This document shows, one piece after another, positions 48,783-62,343 of a stretch of DNA of 64,000 nt. This stretch comes from Heptranchias perlo (Eukaryota), in contig NC_090340.1 of NCBI RefSeq assembly GCF_035084215.1, positions 15,190,001 through 15,254,000 of the forward strand, given 5' to 3'. The notes under the pieces were generated by a model that did not search any database, had not been told where the DNA came from, and saw nothing but the letters and a program-made list of their open reading frames with translations. The first letter of the stretch is position 1. Every line of letters begins with the position of its first letter. The position numbers and the translations under genes are program-made.

Positions 48783-48915
48783 GTACGGTAGTGTGGTTGT
48801 TATTTTACTGGACTCGTAATCCGGAGGCCTGGTTTAATATTCCACAGAACGTAAACTCATATCCTATCATGAAGGTTTGAGAATTTGAATTAAGTTTGTT
48901 TAAAATCCGGAAATA
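48783..48915 (+). mobile_element. tRNA-like head of the same SINE family as 5175-5630
   Basis: gtggtt..ttactggactcgtaatccggag...tttgagaatttgaatt. Confidence 0.55.
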
Positions 48916-49299
48916 AAAAGGAATAGCCAGCTGCCCTATGTAAGCTCTTATATACGCTGCAGGAAGATGCCCATCAAATAGCTGACGAAGGAACTCTGAG
49001 GCTGAGAATGGCAACTGCTGGGCACCATTACCTAGATGATGAGTAGATGAACAGTTGCAGATAGATCCAAGGTTGATGTTTACGTTCACTGGCTTGGGCG
49101 AATGTACTCACGATTAAAGTAAGTTGATTTACTTGCAGCAGGAAGAGTTTCAGGTAACTCCTAACTGCTAAACAAGGCCTCAAGTCAGAATCTGCCAGCC
49201 AGCTAATGACCGACTCGTGACTATCCTCCTGGATCAAAGGGAAGTAATGGGAGACACTGACTGACTTTGTCTCTCGGACCCCAATATCTCAAATGTTGA

Positions 49300-49662
49300 A
49301 ATACACATCCTCATGATCAAATTTCTTCATGGCCTCAACCCTCGTAATCTCCGTTACCTCCCCAGACCCACAGCTCCGAATCCGACCTTTGGATCATCCC
49401 CCTTCCTTCGCCCCACCATTCGCTGCGGTCCATCCGGCCATCGAGGTCCCACACTCTGGGGTTCTCTCTCTAAACTAATCTGCCTTGCTACCTCTCTCTG
49501 CTTCAAGACCCTCCTTAAAACCCATCTGTTTGACCAAGCTTTCAGTCATCCCCACTGATACCTCCTTCATTGGCTCGGCCTACATTTTTATCTGATCAGG
49601 CGTTTATTGAGCGCCTGGGGACGTTTATGCCTTTTAAAGGCGCTATATGGATGCAAATCGTT
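49300..49662 (+). mobile_element. L2 3' fragment
   Basis: GPTLWGSL..FKTLLKTHLFDQAF; L2 end aaaggcgctatatggatgcaa. Confidence 0.8.
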
Positions 49663-52458
49663 GCGAGAGTTGAAATAAAACCCGAGTATAGGTACTTCAT
49701 AACGGTTTAAATATATTGCTTAAAACAACTCAATCGTTCCAGCCTGGCTGGTATTAAGTGTTTCTGCAGGTGTCATCTATGTGTGATATCTCACTACTTA
49801 TTTAAAAAGCCACCACATTTCCTGATGTATTGAAGTACATTGGAGCTCTTGATCAGGTTGCGTCAATGTCAGATATAAACCATGCAATGGATCAGCAAAA
49901 TAGAGTGGCTGTGCTGGTTAACCGATAACAACCCAGCACCATACCTATGCACAGGTGAGGTCCCTATCCCTATGTCTCTGGTTAAGTAATGGCTAGGGGA
50001 TGCATTTAGACTTCAACTTACACGTCATTGCAACAGTTGTGTGGACGCTCATCAATTCAATGGTAAATATATAACTCAGAAGACTAAGGAGCATACTAAA
50101 GCTGTAAGATCCGGTACTCCGTTCCAGACGGACATATCGCATTGATTTGAGTTTGCAGAAAGCGCCTCTAACAGCTTAAGTTTCCTGGTTTAACTGCAAA
50201 AAATCCACCTCTGAAAGAAAGCGTGCTCTTCACAATGTGCAAATAAAATTACATCGATGGATTTCTAAGCAATTTACTTCAGACACTTTGGGGGTTAAAT
50301 TCGATAACGCCCGAAACCAGCGATGCAGGCAGCACATGAGATTCGTGCCGCCAGATGATTACCACCTACAGCCAGCACTACCCGCGCTGCTGAGAGGTTG
50401 CAAGCACAAGCAGGAGGCCCGAAATGGGGCGTTGCCATCATTTATTAAAGGCAGTCCACACCTCTTATAGGGAAGGTGTGCATTCAATAAGAGCAGTGCA
50501 GGATGGCAGGAAGGATTGCTGGACTGGCAAGAGAGCACGCCCCAAGATTCTCTGACGATGCACTGGAGGCCCTGATGGAGGGAGATGATGAAAAGCGGAT
50601 AATCCTGTCCAAGCAGGGTAATAGGAGACCCTCCAAACACCAGATGTAGAGGCAGTGGCCCTGGAGGTGAATATCAGGAGCACTGCACTGCACCCGTGGG
50701 TGCAGTGCAGAAACAAGTTCAACGAATTGACATGATCGGACAAGGTGAGTGAATGCAAGTGTCATATGTCACATCCTACCAACTGCACCACTGCTCCATG
50801 CACGACATTCCCCACGCCCCCTCACGCACTCACCAACAAAAGCTGCCCATCGGAATGCAATGCTGCACTTCACATGCTGCATCTCACCCTCACGTAGAAC
50901 CACACTTGCAGGCCACACAACCACTACACAAACAGGTCACACACACTGGAAGACATTTAACTATGACAGGCACATCACCCAGATACCTTGCAGGATACTC
51001 ACTGACACACTTCCCTCTGTCTTGCAGGAGAAGGTGGCGCAAAGCAACGGGCAGCAGGGGAGACCTGAGGGAGGACAGGCATGCCTACACATCCTCACCC
51101 CCTGAAGGATACAGTGTTGCACATCATTGGATGGGCCATTGTTGTGGACGTGGCCACCGGCAGTGCTGGAGATCCTGATGAAGGGGGCTTCCCACATCGG
51201 CCTCATTCCACAATCTTTTGTGACGCACTTGCTGCAGATGGTGTCAGCAAGCCCGTCTTAATTGCTCCTTTCCCCGCTGCACAACTCAAGCAGTTTCCCT
51301 TTGTCATTGCAGATACCCAAGAACTGCAGCCGGCATGGTCCAAGGTGGAGGAGGAGAGGGACACTGATAACAAAGCCACACCATCACTCGATCTGACTCT
51401 CGCATCCACCAACTTAGATACTGACACTGCGCGTCTTTTAGAGGCTAGGTTAGAGGAGGGATCGGCACATGGTGAGACACCAGGCACAAGTGCGCAGCAG
51501 CGGGGGCAAGGGGAATGGATATCACAGGCGCCAGCTCGCCAGAGGGCGAGGTCGCACCATGACTCTGTTGCTGAGAGGTCAGGTGATGACTTTGATGGGC
51601 CAGGCTACAAAAGACGGCTGAAGGGCGTTCACCACCAAATGCTTGGTGCACTGGAAAGTCTGTCAGAATGTCTGCACACAATATCAAGGAGCATTGAGGG
51701 TTCCACCTCGAACTTGGCACAGCGTTTTGCACAGAGTTTGGAGCCCATCCTTACCAACATGGAACGAGTAGTCTGCTCGATCAGCACACCTGAGGAACCC
51801 ACCATGATGCAGCATATGATGGCCGATGTCACAGCTTCCACTGCAGCACAGACTGATATCATTAAAGGTCTGCACAATTCAGTTGAAGCTCAGACTGATG
51901 CTAATATGACTCTGGGTACCACTGTGGAACGGGGCTTCCAGGGTGTCACAGCATTCCAGAAACCCCTTCTCCAGCTGATCATCAGGCGTGCTAAGGCGCC
52001 ACCTCATGTGAGTGGCAGTGGTGCCATGGCAGTTGAACCTGCTGTCCTCTGTCTGGATGGCAGCATTCCTGCTCCCAGCCCTGCCACGCTTCCAGTGCTC
52101 TTGCTGTTGCCTATCAGCCAGCTTGGCCAGACTGCTGCAGCACATGCCGAGATGGTGCAGTCTGAAGCCAGGTCCTCTCGGCCCAGAGCTGCTTGACGAC
52201 GTCCTCCAAGGCCATCCACCTCAATGGAAGGTCAGCAGCATCCCACCACCCATGCTCCAACCACTTGGGGTGCTCCTCGTAGGAGCGCTAGGATAGGTAA
52301 AGGCACATGTACACCAGGCACTACTGGAATGCACAAGGGTGAATAGTCCCATTTTGTTTGCATCATTTCATGTGTTAATTTATAAATGTGAATTTGAATG
52401 TGCATTTGTTGGTGGTTTGTATTTCTGCGTTGAGCTGAGGGAAGAAGCAATGTGTAAT

Positions 52459-53356
52459 ACATACAAACATACATACGAACATAAGAATTAAGAGCAGGAG
52501 TAGGCCAACCGGCCCATCAAGTCTGCTCTGCCATTTAATAAGATCATGGCTGATCTGAATGTGACCTCAACCCTACTTTCCTGTCTACCTACTATAACCT
52601 TTGATTTCCTTGTTAATCAGGAATCTATCTAACTCAGCCTTAAAAATATTCAATAACCCTGCCTCCACCGCTGTCTGGGGAAGGAAGCTCCACAGGCTCA
52701 GGATCCTCTGAGAGAAAAAAAATTCTCCTCATCTCTGTCTTACAATGGAGACCTCTTATTTTTAAACTGTGGCCCCTAGTTCTAGTCTCTCCCACAAGGG
52801 GAAACATCCTCTCAGCATCTACCCTTTCTAGTCCCCTCAGCATCTTATATGATTCAATAAAAACACCTCTCATTCTTCTAAACTCCAGTGTATGCAGGCC
52901 CAACGTGCCCTAGTTGCCCTCATAAAATAACCCCTTCATCCCAGGAATCTATCGAGTGAACCTTCTCTGAACCGCTCCAAAGCAATTATTTCCTTTCTTT
53001 AATAAGGAGATCAAAACTGCACACAGTATTGTAGATGTGGTCTCACCAATGCCCTGTACAACTGTAGCAAAACATCGCTACTTTTATATTCCATTGCCTT
53101 TGCAATAAATTACAACATTCCATTTGAATTTCTAATCACTTGCTGTTCCTGCATGCTAACTTTTTGTGATTCATGTACTCGGACACCCAGATCCCTCTGT
53201 ACATCAGAGTTCTGCAATCTCTCTCCATTTAAATAATATACTGCTTTTCTATTCCTTCTGCCAAAGTGGACAAGTTCACATTTTCCCACATTACACTCCA
53301 TCTGCTAAATATTTGCCCACTCACTAAACCTATCTTTATCCCTTTGCAGACTCCTT
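52459..53356 (-). mobile_element. CR1 3' fragment
   Basis: NVGKCELVHFGRRN, ERVDAERMFPLVGETRTRGHSL; catacgaacataagaa tail. Confidence 0.92.
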
Positions 53357-55020
53357 GGGGAAAAAAATCGATAGGGACTGTATTCGGGTGCAGGTGGCGT
53401 GATGTGCTATTACCCAGCACCCAATGCACCTACGCAGGCAGGACGCAAGTTTGGACCCACCCGAGGACTGACCTGCTGGAAACGATCCTTTCCAGTCCTT
53501 GCACGTGGAATTAATAAAATTCGCACTTTCCACCACCAGAGGGCGGTAAATCTCTTAAAAGGAGGATGTTTCTTCGAAATCTCTTAAAGGAAGCTGCTAC
53601 CTGTTATTTGCTGAAAATAAGAGTCTACTGTCTGAACGGAGATCAGACTTTTCACACATCAAACACAGATGCAGGTCCCATTCCCTGTGTCACACAATGA
53701 TGAGTTATGTTAAAACATTGAATAAAGGTTGCACACTACTAATTCCCACATCCTCCAATCTGCACGTGAGACCGCACTAATCCGCCGTTCTGAGTTGGTA
53801 TCAGGCCTGAGAGAGTGCATGCACCAAGGTTCTCTGTTGATGCACCGGAGACCTTGGATGCAAGAGGTGGACAGAAGGAGGGACTTCCTAATTCCGCAGG
53901 CGGGGGGGCACGGGGGTGGTTGGGTGGGGTGGCGGGGCAAGAGGCCCTCCAACCATATGCTCATAAGGCAGTGGCAGGATGCGGGGGACAGTGGGCAATG
54001 AAGTCAATGCCAGACGCACAGCATCATGAATATGGAGGCAGTGCAGGAAAAAGTTCAATGGTTTGACATGCGTGGTCAAGATGAGTGAGGTCAACTGTCA
54101 AGTGGCATCACCTACCAACTGCACCACACACCACACCCTCCATTCCCCACATACTAATAAACTCTTTCCATCACTACTCACCTCTTTCAATCAGATGCTT
54201 CCTCTCACCCTTACACATTACCACTGTTTCAAGCCACGCACCCACAACTCACAGGACACACACACTGGCAGCTATTCAACCATGACAGGTACATCATCCA
54301 GACACATGTCCGCTTTCTTGCAGGAGAAGGTGGCGCATATCAAGACACAGCAAGTGGCAGTAGCATTTACCTCGTTGAGCCAGTCCCGCCATTCAATCAG
54401 ATCATGGTGGCACTGTGACCCAACTCCATATACCCGCCTTAGCCCCATATCCATTAATACCCTTGGTTCACAGAAATCTATCAAACTCAGATTTAACATT
54501 CACAAGTGAACTATCATCAACCGCCATCTGCAGAAGAGCGTTCCAAACATCTCCGACCCTTTGTGTTTAGAAACATTTCCTAACTTCACTCCTGCACACC
54601 TTGGCTCTAAATGTTAGGTTATGTCCCCGCGTCCTAGTATTAAAGTCGAGGAGACCTCCAAAAGCAGTTATAAATGTCTCAGCAGCCAACAACTAACCTG
54701 TAAATCCTGCATGACCCCTTTAAAAAGCGCTGGTGGGTGGTTCTCCAGGCACTCGAAGACACGTTCAGATGGTTGGGGTTAAGACTGTGCATTGATTTGG
54801 GCGTCAAGTCCCAAAATGGTGTCTATCACTATCACTGACTCTCCCTACTTTAAATGATTCCAAAGTTCCTTATCTGCGTCTGCGCCAACTCCGAGACCAT
54901 GATGGCATCTGGTGCACATCACGATGGAAACGTATGTGCGCATCCAAGACACCATCTTGAATGTCAGAGAGTCCGTGCAGCGCTGAAACAACGGGCGCTG
55001 CACCGCCCACTTTAACACCC
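53357..55020 (+). mobile_element. Non-autonomous Harbinger-like composite element, copy B
   Basis: APRFSVDAPETL...WRQCRKKFNGLT, exon 2 EKVAHIKTQQ, then an inverted CR1 3' tail (~54370-54640); colinear with copy A in reverse orientation. Confidence 0.8.
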
Positions 55021-55902
55021 AGCGAACCCCCGAACCCTTTCTTTATCTGGGCATGCGCAATACTCTTTAACAAGATGGCGTCCCGCGCACGTCACGCTGG
55101 ACGGGTCTGGGCGCATTCCAAACGCCATTGTGGGACTTTGGGAGTTCACGTTCTGCTGAAACAACGGGCGCTATACGGCCGAATTTATAGCCCTGTGTAT
55201 CTTGAGTTCTAGAAAATAAACGTCCACGTCCATATCCAAGGATTAAAAGGAAAGTTTGAATCACTTTTGCTTCCTGTATGCTTTATTTTAACAAGGCATC
55301 GCAATTGAATCTTCTGCTGAAATGGAGGTATTCCTGGAAAGAGAAGGGATTTTGGATTTGCCAATGAAGAGAGGAGTAAATCGAGATACATCCACAGTCT
55401 GACGTGGCTTGAACCTAAGCATCTCCAACCATTTGAATTAAAGACTGGATTCCAAAGGTCGCCTGTTGTAAACGGTGTGGGTATTCTTTTGTAACCAGTG
55501 TCGAATGTCTACTTTCTCTCTTGAACAAACAGTTATAAACATGAGAACTGTGGTAGGGATTCCATGATTGTTTATGTGAAGGGAGAGGCGTGCAGCACAG
55601 AAGGTGGAAGACTGCCAAAATAAGGTTTGACGCTATTCGGTTAATTATGTTTTCTTGCTGTGACTGTACAAATGTAAGGAGGACAAAACAGTTTAAAGTT
55701 ATGGATGGAGCAACTGTGTGGGAGAAGATCGTTGAGAATAACAATGAGTTTTATAAAGGCATGGACTATTTAGGGACTAAAGAAAATGAAGAAAGTGCTT
55801 TAAAACCCGCGTTGAACTTATGAGAAATATTTGGCAAAGACGTAAATTATATAATCAGTGGGGAAAAGGTAGATGAATCAATATATTTTAAACAAGCAAA
55901 TC

Positions 55903-56632
55903 TTAGAATGCTAGAATGGTTACGGCACGTAAGGAGGCCATTCGGCCCATTAAGCCTGCTCGTCCCACTCTCCCGCTCTTTCCCCATAGCCCTGCACATT
56001 TTTCTTCTTCAGGTACCTATCTAATTCCTTTTTGAAAGCTACAATTGACCCTGCTTCCACTGCCCTTTCAGGAGTGACTTCCAGATCCGAAACACTAGCT
56101 GCGTAAAAAGGTTATTCCTCATGTCACCTTTGGTTCTTTTGCCAATCACCTTAAAACTCTGTCCTCTGGTTCGCAACCCTTCCATCAATGGGAACAGTTT
56201 TTCTTTATTTACTTTGTCTCCACCCTTCATGATTTTGAACACCTCTATCAAATCTCCTCTCAACCTTCTCTGCTTTTCCAGTCTAACCACATAACTGAGG
56301 TCCCTCATCCCTGGAAGCATTCTGGTAAATCATTTCTGCACCCTGTCCAAGTTCATGTCCTTCATAAACTACGGTGCCCAGAATTGGACAAAATACTCCA
56401 ATTTTGGCCGAACCAGTGTTTTATAAAGGTTCAACATGACATCCTCGTTTTTGTACTCTGTGCTTCTATTTATAAAGCCCAGGATCCCGTATGCTTTTTT
56501 ATCCACTTTCTCAACCTGTTCTGCCAACTTCAACGACCTGTGTACATATGCCCCCAGGTCTCTCAGCACATGCACCCCCTTTAGAGTTTAACCCTTTAGT
56601 ATATACGCCTCTCCTTGTTCTTCCTACCAAAA
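55903..56632 (-). mobile_element. CR1 3' fragment
   Basis: LYKTLVRPKLEYFVQFWAP; RLRGDLIEVFKIMKG. Confidence 0.9.
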
Positions 56633-56634
56633 TG

Positions 56635-56742
56635 TAAATACTGCAGATGCTGGAAATATGATATTAAAAAACGAAACTGCTGGCGGTCAGACAGCATCTG
56701 TGGAGAAGAAAAAAAGTTAGCATTACGTTTTTCGTCAGAACC
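56635..56742 (-). mobile_element. Penelope-like remnant (same family as 7211), hammerhead region partly deleted
   Basis: aaatactgcagatgctggaa...cagcatctgtggag...ttcgtcagaac. Confidence 0.55.
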
Positions 56743-57159
56743 GCCAACAAATTAAAGAGTTAGTGTTCATAACTCATTTTTGACAAAATAATCACTTAAG
56801 AAACAGTCGGGTGCTTTTCTGGGAAGCAATGGACTTTTCTAGATGGATGAGGTAGCAAGTAAATGGATGAGTCCTGGGTTATGATGCAAAGAAGAGCGTT
56901 CTATCTGGAACATAAAGCAAAGAAATAAAAATTAATCCGATTGAGTTCATAAAGCGAATTATCAATCGTTATTATTATGTCCATTTATGTTAGTAAATTT
57001 GGCGCGCGCACGAGTGTGTGTATGCGCGCGTGTTGGTGTGCATACTTGATTTTCCTTGTGTGTCCACACACGAACTTAGTCACAGGCAGTTACAACGCTT
57101 TCGGTTGTCTCCCATTCACCTCTTGTTATGACGTTCAACTGCTGCAATCATGCAGCCTA

Positions 57160-58620
57160 TGAGAGGATAGTGTTCATGAACTCCATTTACCCACCTTGGT
57201 TCTGTCACCCTTAATACCCTTACCTAACAAAAATCTATCAATGTCAGTTTTGAAATTTTCAATTGACCCCAGCCTCAACAGCTTTTTGGGCTTGAGAGTT
57301 CCCGATTTCCACGGTCCTTTGTGTGAAGAAGTGCTTCCTGACTCCACCCCTGTACGGCCTAGCTCCAATTTTAAATTTGTGTTCCCTTGTTCTGGACTCC
57401 CCACTGTAGGATACAGTTTCACTCTATATACCCTATCAACTCCTTTAATCATCTTAAACACGACAATTAGATCACACCCTTAACCTTCTACACTTAAGGA
57501 AATACAAGCCTAGTATATGCAACGAGTCATTAGAATTTAACGCTTTTAGCCCAGGTATTATTCTGGTGAATCTACGCTGCACCCCCTCCAAGGCTGAAAT
57601 ATCCCATCTGAGGTGCAGGGCCCAAAACTGAACGCAGCGCTCTAAATGGAGTCTAACCAAAGCTCTGTGTAACTGTGATATAGCTTCCACTCCTTTGTAT
57701 TCTAACCGCCCTGAGATAAAGGCCATCATTCCATTAACCTTTTAATTTTTTTCCTGTACCTGTCCTTTAGCTTTTAGTGATTTATGTACTTGGACCCCTA
57801 AATCTCTCCGCTCCTCCACAGTTCCTAGTTTTCCACCATTTAGAAAACACTCGGATTTCTCTTTCTTAGGTCCAAAGTGGATTACTTCATACTTCCCCGC
57901 ATTAAAATCCATCTGACACAGTTTTACCCACTCACTTTATCAATTTCCCATTGCAACTTTCTTTTCCCATCTATTCTATTTAATGTGCCACCTAACTTGG
58001 TGTTGTCAGCAAAAGTGGTATTGTCAGCAAACATACAGCTGTCAATTTCTTCATCGAAATCATTTATAAATATAGTGAAAAGCTGAGGTCCCAAGTACAG
58101 ATCCCTGGGGAACACCACTAGTCACATTCTGACAAATTGAATATATACCCATTATTGCTACTCTCTGTCTCCTGACTTGTAACCAATTCCCTATGCACGT
58201 TAATAGGTTGCCACCAATTCCATGTGCTCTCATTGTTGTTAACAGTCTCTTATGTGGAACCTTGTCGAATACTTTCTGGAAGTGCATATAAATAACATCC
58301 ATAGACACTCCCATATCTACCACCTTAGTTACCTCCTCAAAAAAATCAACTTTGTTTGTTAGACATGACGTAACCTTTTCAAATGCATGCTGGCTCTCTC
58401 TGATCAGTTCATATTTGTCCAAGTGCTCAGTCACTCTGACCCTAATAACAGATTCTAGTAACTTCCTCCCAACGGATGTTAGACTATTAGGCCTATAATT
58501 GACTTGTTTATCTCTTCTACCCTTCTTAAATGATGGAATGACTTTGGCAATTTTCCAATCGAAGAGGACAATTCCTGTACCAAGAGAGTTTTGGAAGATC
58601 ATCGACAATTTCCTCACCTA
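57160..58620 (-). mobile_element. CR1 LINE RT region
   Basis: DWKIAKVIPSFKKG, NYRPNSLTS, FQKVFDKVPH, SGVPQGSVLG. Confidence 0.93.
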
Positions 58621-60042
58621 CTTTTGCCCAGTGTCCTGTCCCTGTGGTGGTTCGAGTAGGGCGTCAATGATGTCACATCAGGAGAAGAACTACGCAAAAT
58701 CTTCTCCATGATCGCCTCCATCCTACAGTTCGAAGGTATAAAACACTGTAATAAGGGACAACTTTAATTAGCAGCATTCCTCTTAAAATAGTGACAATTA
58801 TGGGGAAATTTTATGTAAAAATCCATCACTGTTGCTAAATTCTATTTACGTTTTAACTAACAGGCCAGAAATTACATTTCGGGATCCCGTATGATCAGCG
58901 GAACAGTGTTGCGTACATGAAGAAATTTCATGGGAGGGATTTAACCAATTCGCTGCAGCAAAAATGCAGGCGAAAAAAATAAAACGCTCGTTAATGTATT
59001 TCGAAAAACACACCCGCTGTTTGTTCCACAATTAGTATAATGTCGGAAAATATGAAGAATGGAACGAATATAGCGTCTTAAGGCGGCGCGATTATACATT
59101 CTAAATTTTACCACTGAGATGTTAAGAAATGTTACAGGGCAAGTATGTAGTAAAGTCGTGGTTGAAAATAGACATTTCATGTTGTTGCATATGCGGCGCT
59201 TTTGCAGGATGTTGCAATGAACAGAGCTAAATTTAATACTTGAACTGCTGCTGTGGAGAGGCGAACTGATGAGCCATGTTCTTTATTTAGATGGAGAAAG
59301 TGGTGCGCTCGTATCACGACTTCGCAACAAGTTCCAGTGCTGCAAAAACCACACGGTCAAAACCTTCGCTATTTGCCGACATTTCATCAGAATACATGAT
59401 AAGTCGAACATACTGACATTTCATGCTTCTCTATCTGGATTGCGTTATATTCCGGGTTATCAAATTAATTCATAGCCCAAATATGTATTCTCCAGTTTGA
59501 AACACTATTATTAGACAAGGAAATCGATTGTAAAAAAAAAACAGAATTATAGGTGAACAGTTGCTGGACATTTACGATATTTTTTCCGACTGTCACATAA
59601 TGGAACACTTGGTATTGTAAGCATGAGCCCACTTGCTAATGCCGATTGTCACCAGACCCAGATAATTAGGCGATCCACTCTGTTCACCTTATCACCTTTA
59701 AATTCAGAGTAATACTGCGTATTCAAACGTTACCAACGGGAACATAAGGCTATCAGTCCCGAGTTCGCTTTCAGCCTGGAGGGCTCATTAATACGTCCAA
59801 AATGATATCTGAATTATTTTGTTTATTGACGTCATTGTGCCACCAAACAAGCACACAAAATAGCTTTGTCAAATCTGAAGCGATTAAAGCCCAGGAACAA
59901 CAGCCAATTGGGCACAATTTTAGGTGTCATTACCTCCCTAACTCTTGCTCAACTTACCTTTTGGGACGGGAAATACAGAGGACTGAATTTACACTGTGGT
60001 TTACGATCTGCTATTGCAATTCATTTGATCGGACAGCGAGCA

Positions 60043-60347
60043 TGGGAGTGAAATTCAGCCTTGGCGAGGGCGCAGAATGGGCGGTGGTGGATCGCCACTC
60101 GTTATACACACTGTCAGATTTTCCTTATCGTAGGAAGTCAAGAACGACCCCAGAGTCCAATTGGAGTATAAATTCGTCTTGTGCATTTGCGCAAATCGGG
60201 CGCTAGCGAATCGTCATTCCGTTTTGCACTTTGCATGATTATTTTTCCATTGAAGCAAATGAAGAGGAAAATCGGGCCGAGTGCAAAACGAGCTGCCGAT
60301 TCGCTATGGCCCGTTTTTGCGCTACCACTCAAAAAGAATTTATACCC
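60043..60347. mobile_element. Putative Harbinger-type MITE
   Basis: Inverted termini gggagtgaaattc and gaatttataccc, with subterminal complementarity (gcgcagaatgggc / gcccgtttttgcgc). Confidence 0.55.
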
Positions 60348-60469
60348 AGTAGTGAGTCCTGACGCCGATTTCAGGCTACCTTTGTATTATAAGTGCAGCG
60401 TTCAAGTCGCTACAAGTGTAATGTGAATGCACCGTAAGAGATGACTTTTGATAATCTGGGCTATAAGTT

Positions 60470-62343
60470 TGAGATAGGTGTGTAAAGGTATTCCACAGTT
60501 CTGACAAGTGCAGTTCGTGTCCCTTTATTCAGGAGTTGTCTTGCGTGAATTTCAAGGAAAACGCAAATATGTTTTATAAATACATAAAGAGCAAGAGGAC
60601 AACTAATGAAAGAGTAGGGCCTATTAGAGACCAAAAAGATCACCTCTGTGTGTAGGGGGAAAATGTGGGTATGGTACTTAATGAATATTTTGTGTCTAAC
60701 TTCACAAAAGAGAGGAACGATGTAGACATTGTAGGTAAGGAGGAGGAGTATGAAATATTGGATGGGATAAACATAGTGAGAGAGGAAATATTAGGGGGAT
60801 TAGCATCTTTAAAAGTAGATAAATGGCCAGGCCGGGATGAAACGTATCTCAGGCTGTTAAGAGAAGCAAGGGAGGAAATAGCCGAGGCTCTGACCATCGT
60901 TTTCCAATCCAGTCTAGCTGCAGGTGTGGTGCTGGAGTATTGGAGGACTGCTAATGTTGTACCGTTGTTTAAAAAAGGAGAAAGGGATAGACCAAGTAAT
61001 CACAGGCCAGTCAGCCTAACCTTGGTGGCAGCAAATTAATGGAAAAAAATCTGAGGGACAGTACAACTCGTGATTTAGAAAGGCACGGATTAATCAGCGA
61101 CGGTCAGTATGGATTTCTCAAGGGATGGTCGTGTCTGACTAATTTGACTGAATTTTCTGAGGAGACAACGAGGATGGTCGATGAGGGTAACACATTTGAT
61201 GCAGTGTACATGGATATTAGGAAGGCTTTTGTCAAGGCCCCACATTGCAGACTGGTCAGAAAAGTAAAAGCCCATGAGATCGAAGGGAAAGTGGCAAGTC
61301 GGATACAAAATTGGCTTAGTAGCAGGAAACGAAGTGTATTGGTCGACAGGTGTTTTTGTGACTGGAAGGGTGTTTCCAGTGGGGTTCCGCAGGGCTCAGT
61401 ACTAGTCCCTTGCTTTTCGTGGTATATATTATTGATTTGTAGGGGGCATGAATGAAAAGTTTGCAGATGATACAAAAAATGGCAAAAGATATCAAGGACT
61501 GGTCAGGTAGGCAAAAAAGTAGCAAATGAATTTCAATCCAGAGAAGTGTGAGGTAATGTATTTGGGGAGGGCAAACAAGGCAAGGGAATACACAATAAAT
61601 GGTAGGATACTGAGAAGTGTAGAGGACGAAAGGAACCTTGGAGTGCATGTCCACAGATCCCTGAAGGTAGCAGGACAGGTAGATTAGATGGTTAAGAAGG
61701 CAAATGGAATACTTTCCTTTATTAGCCAAGGAATCGAATATAAGAGCAGAGAGGTGATGCTACAACTGTATAAAACACGAGTTAGGCCATAGTTTGAGCA
61801 TTGCTTAGGGTTCTGCTCACCACATTACAGCAAAGATGAGATTGCACTAGAGACGGTAGAGAGGCGATTTATGAGGATGTTGTCAGGAAAGGAGAATTTT
61901 GGCCATGAGGAAAGATTGGATAGGCTTGGGTTGTTTTCTTGGAACAGAGGAGGCTGAGGGAAGATTCATTTGAGGTGTATAAAAATAAGAGGGGCCTAGA
62001 TAGAGTGGATAGGAAGGAGCTATTTCCTTTAGCAAAGGGGTCAATAACCAGGGGGCATAGATTTAAAGTAATTGGTAGAAAGATTAGAGGGGAGATGAGG
62101 AGAATTCTCTTCACCCAGAGGATGGTGGGGGTCTGGATCTCACTGCCTAAAAGGATGGTAGAGGCAGAAACCTTCATCACATTCAAAAAATGCATGGACG
62201 TGCACGTGAAGAGCGATAACCTATGGACCAAGAGCTGGAAAGTGGGATTAGGCTGGATAGCTCTTTTTTTGGCTGGCACAGACACTATAGGCCGAACGGC
62301 CTCCTTATGTGCCGTGAATTTCTATGATTCCATGATTCTATGA
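60470..62343 (+). mobile_element. CR1 LINE ORF2 3' half
   Basis: WRTANVVPLFKKG, QYGFLKGWSCLTNL, SGVPQGSVL; (TTCTATGA)n tail. Confidence 0.93.

Larger units (their letters stand above)
50291..55193 (+). mobile_element. Harbinger-like element with a spliced Myb/SANT-type gene (pseudogenised) and nested inserts
   Basis: Termini ggggttaaattc and gaatttatagccc. Exon 1 (50503-50744) reads APRFSDDALEALME...M*RQW..ALEVN..WVQCRNKFNELT*SDK|gtgagt; exon 2 from 51028 reads EKVAQS. Long open frame 51081-52196. No DDE transposase seen. Confidence 0.8.

Noticed and set aside
48783-48850. tRNA gene
   Set aside because: No complete cloverleaf; it is the head of a SINE also seen at ~5560-5630.
57998-58031. 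Duplicated RT catalytic motif (FADNTTFADNTK)
   Set aside because: An 18-bp slippage duplication in a dead, frameshifted CR1.
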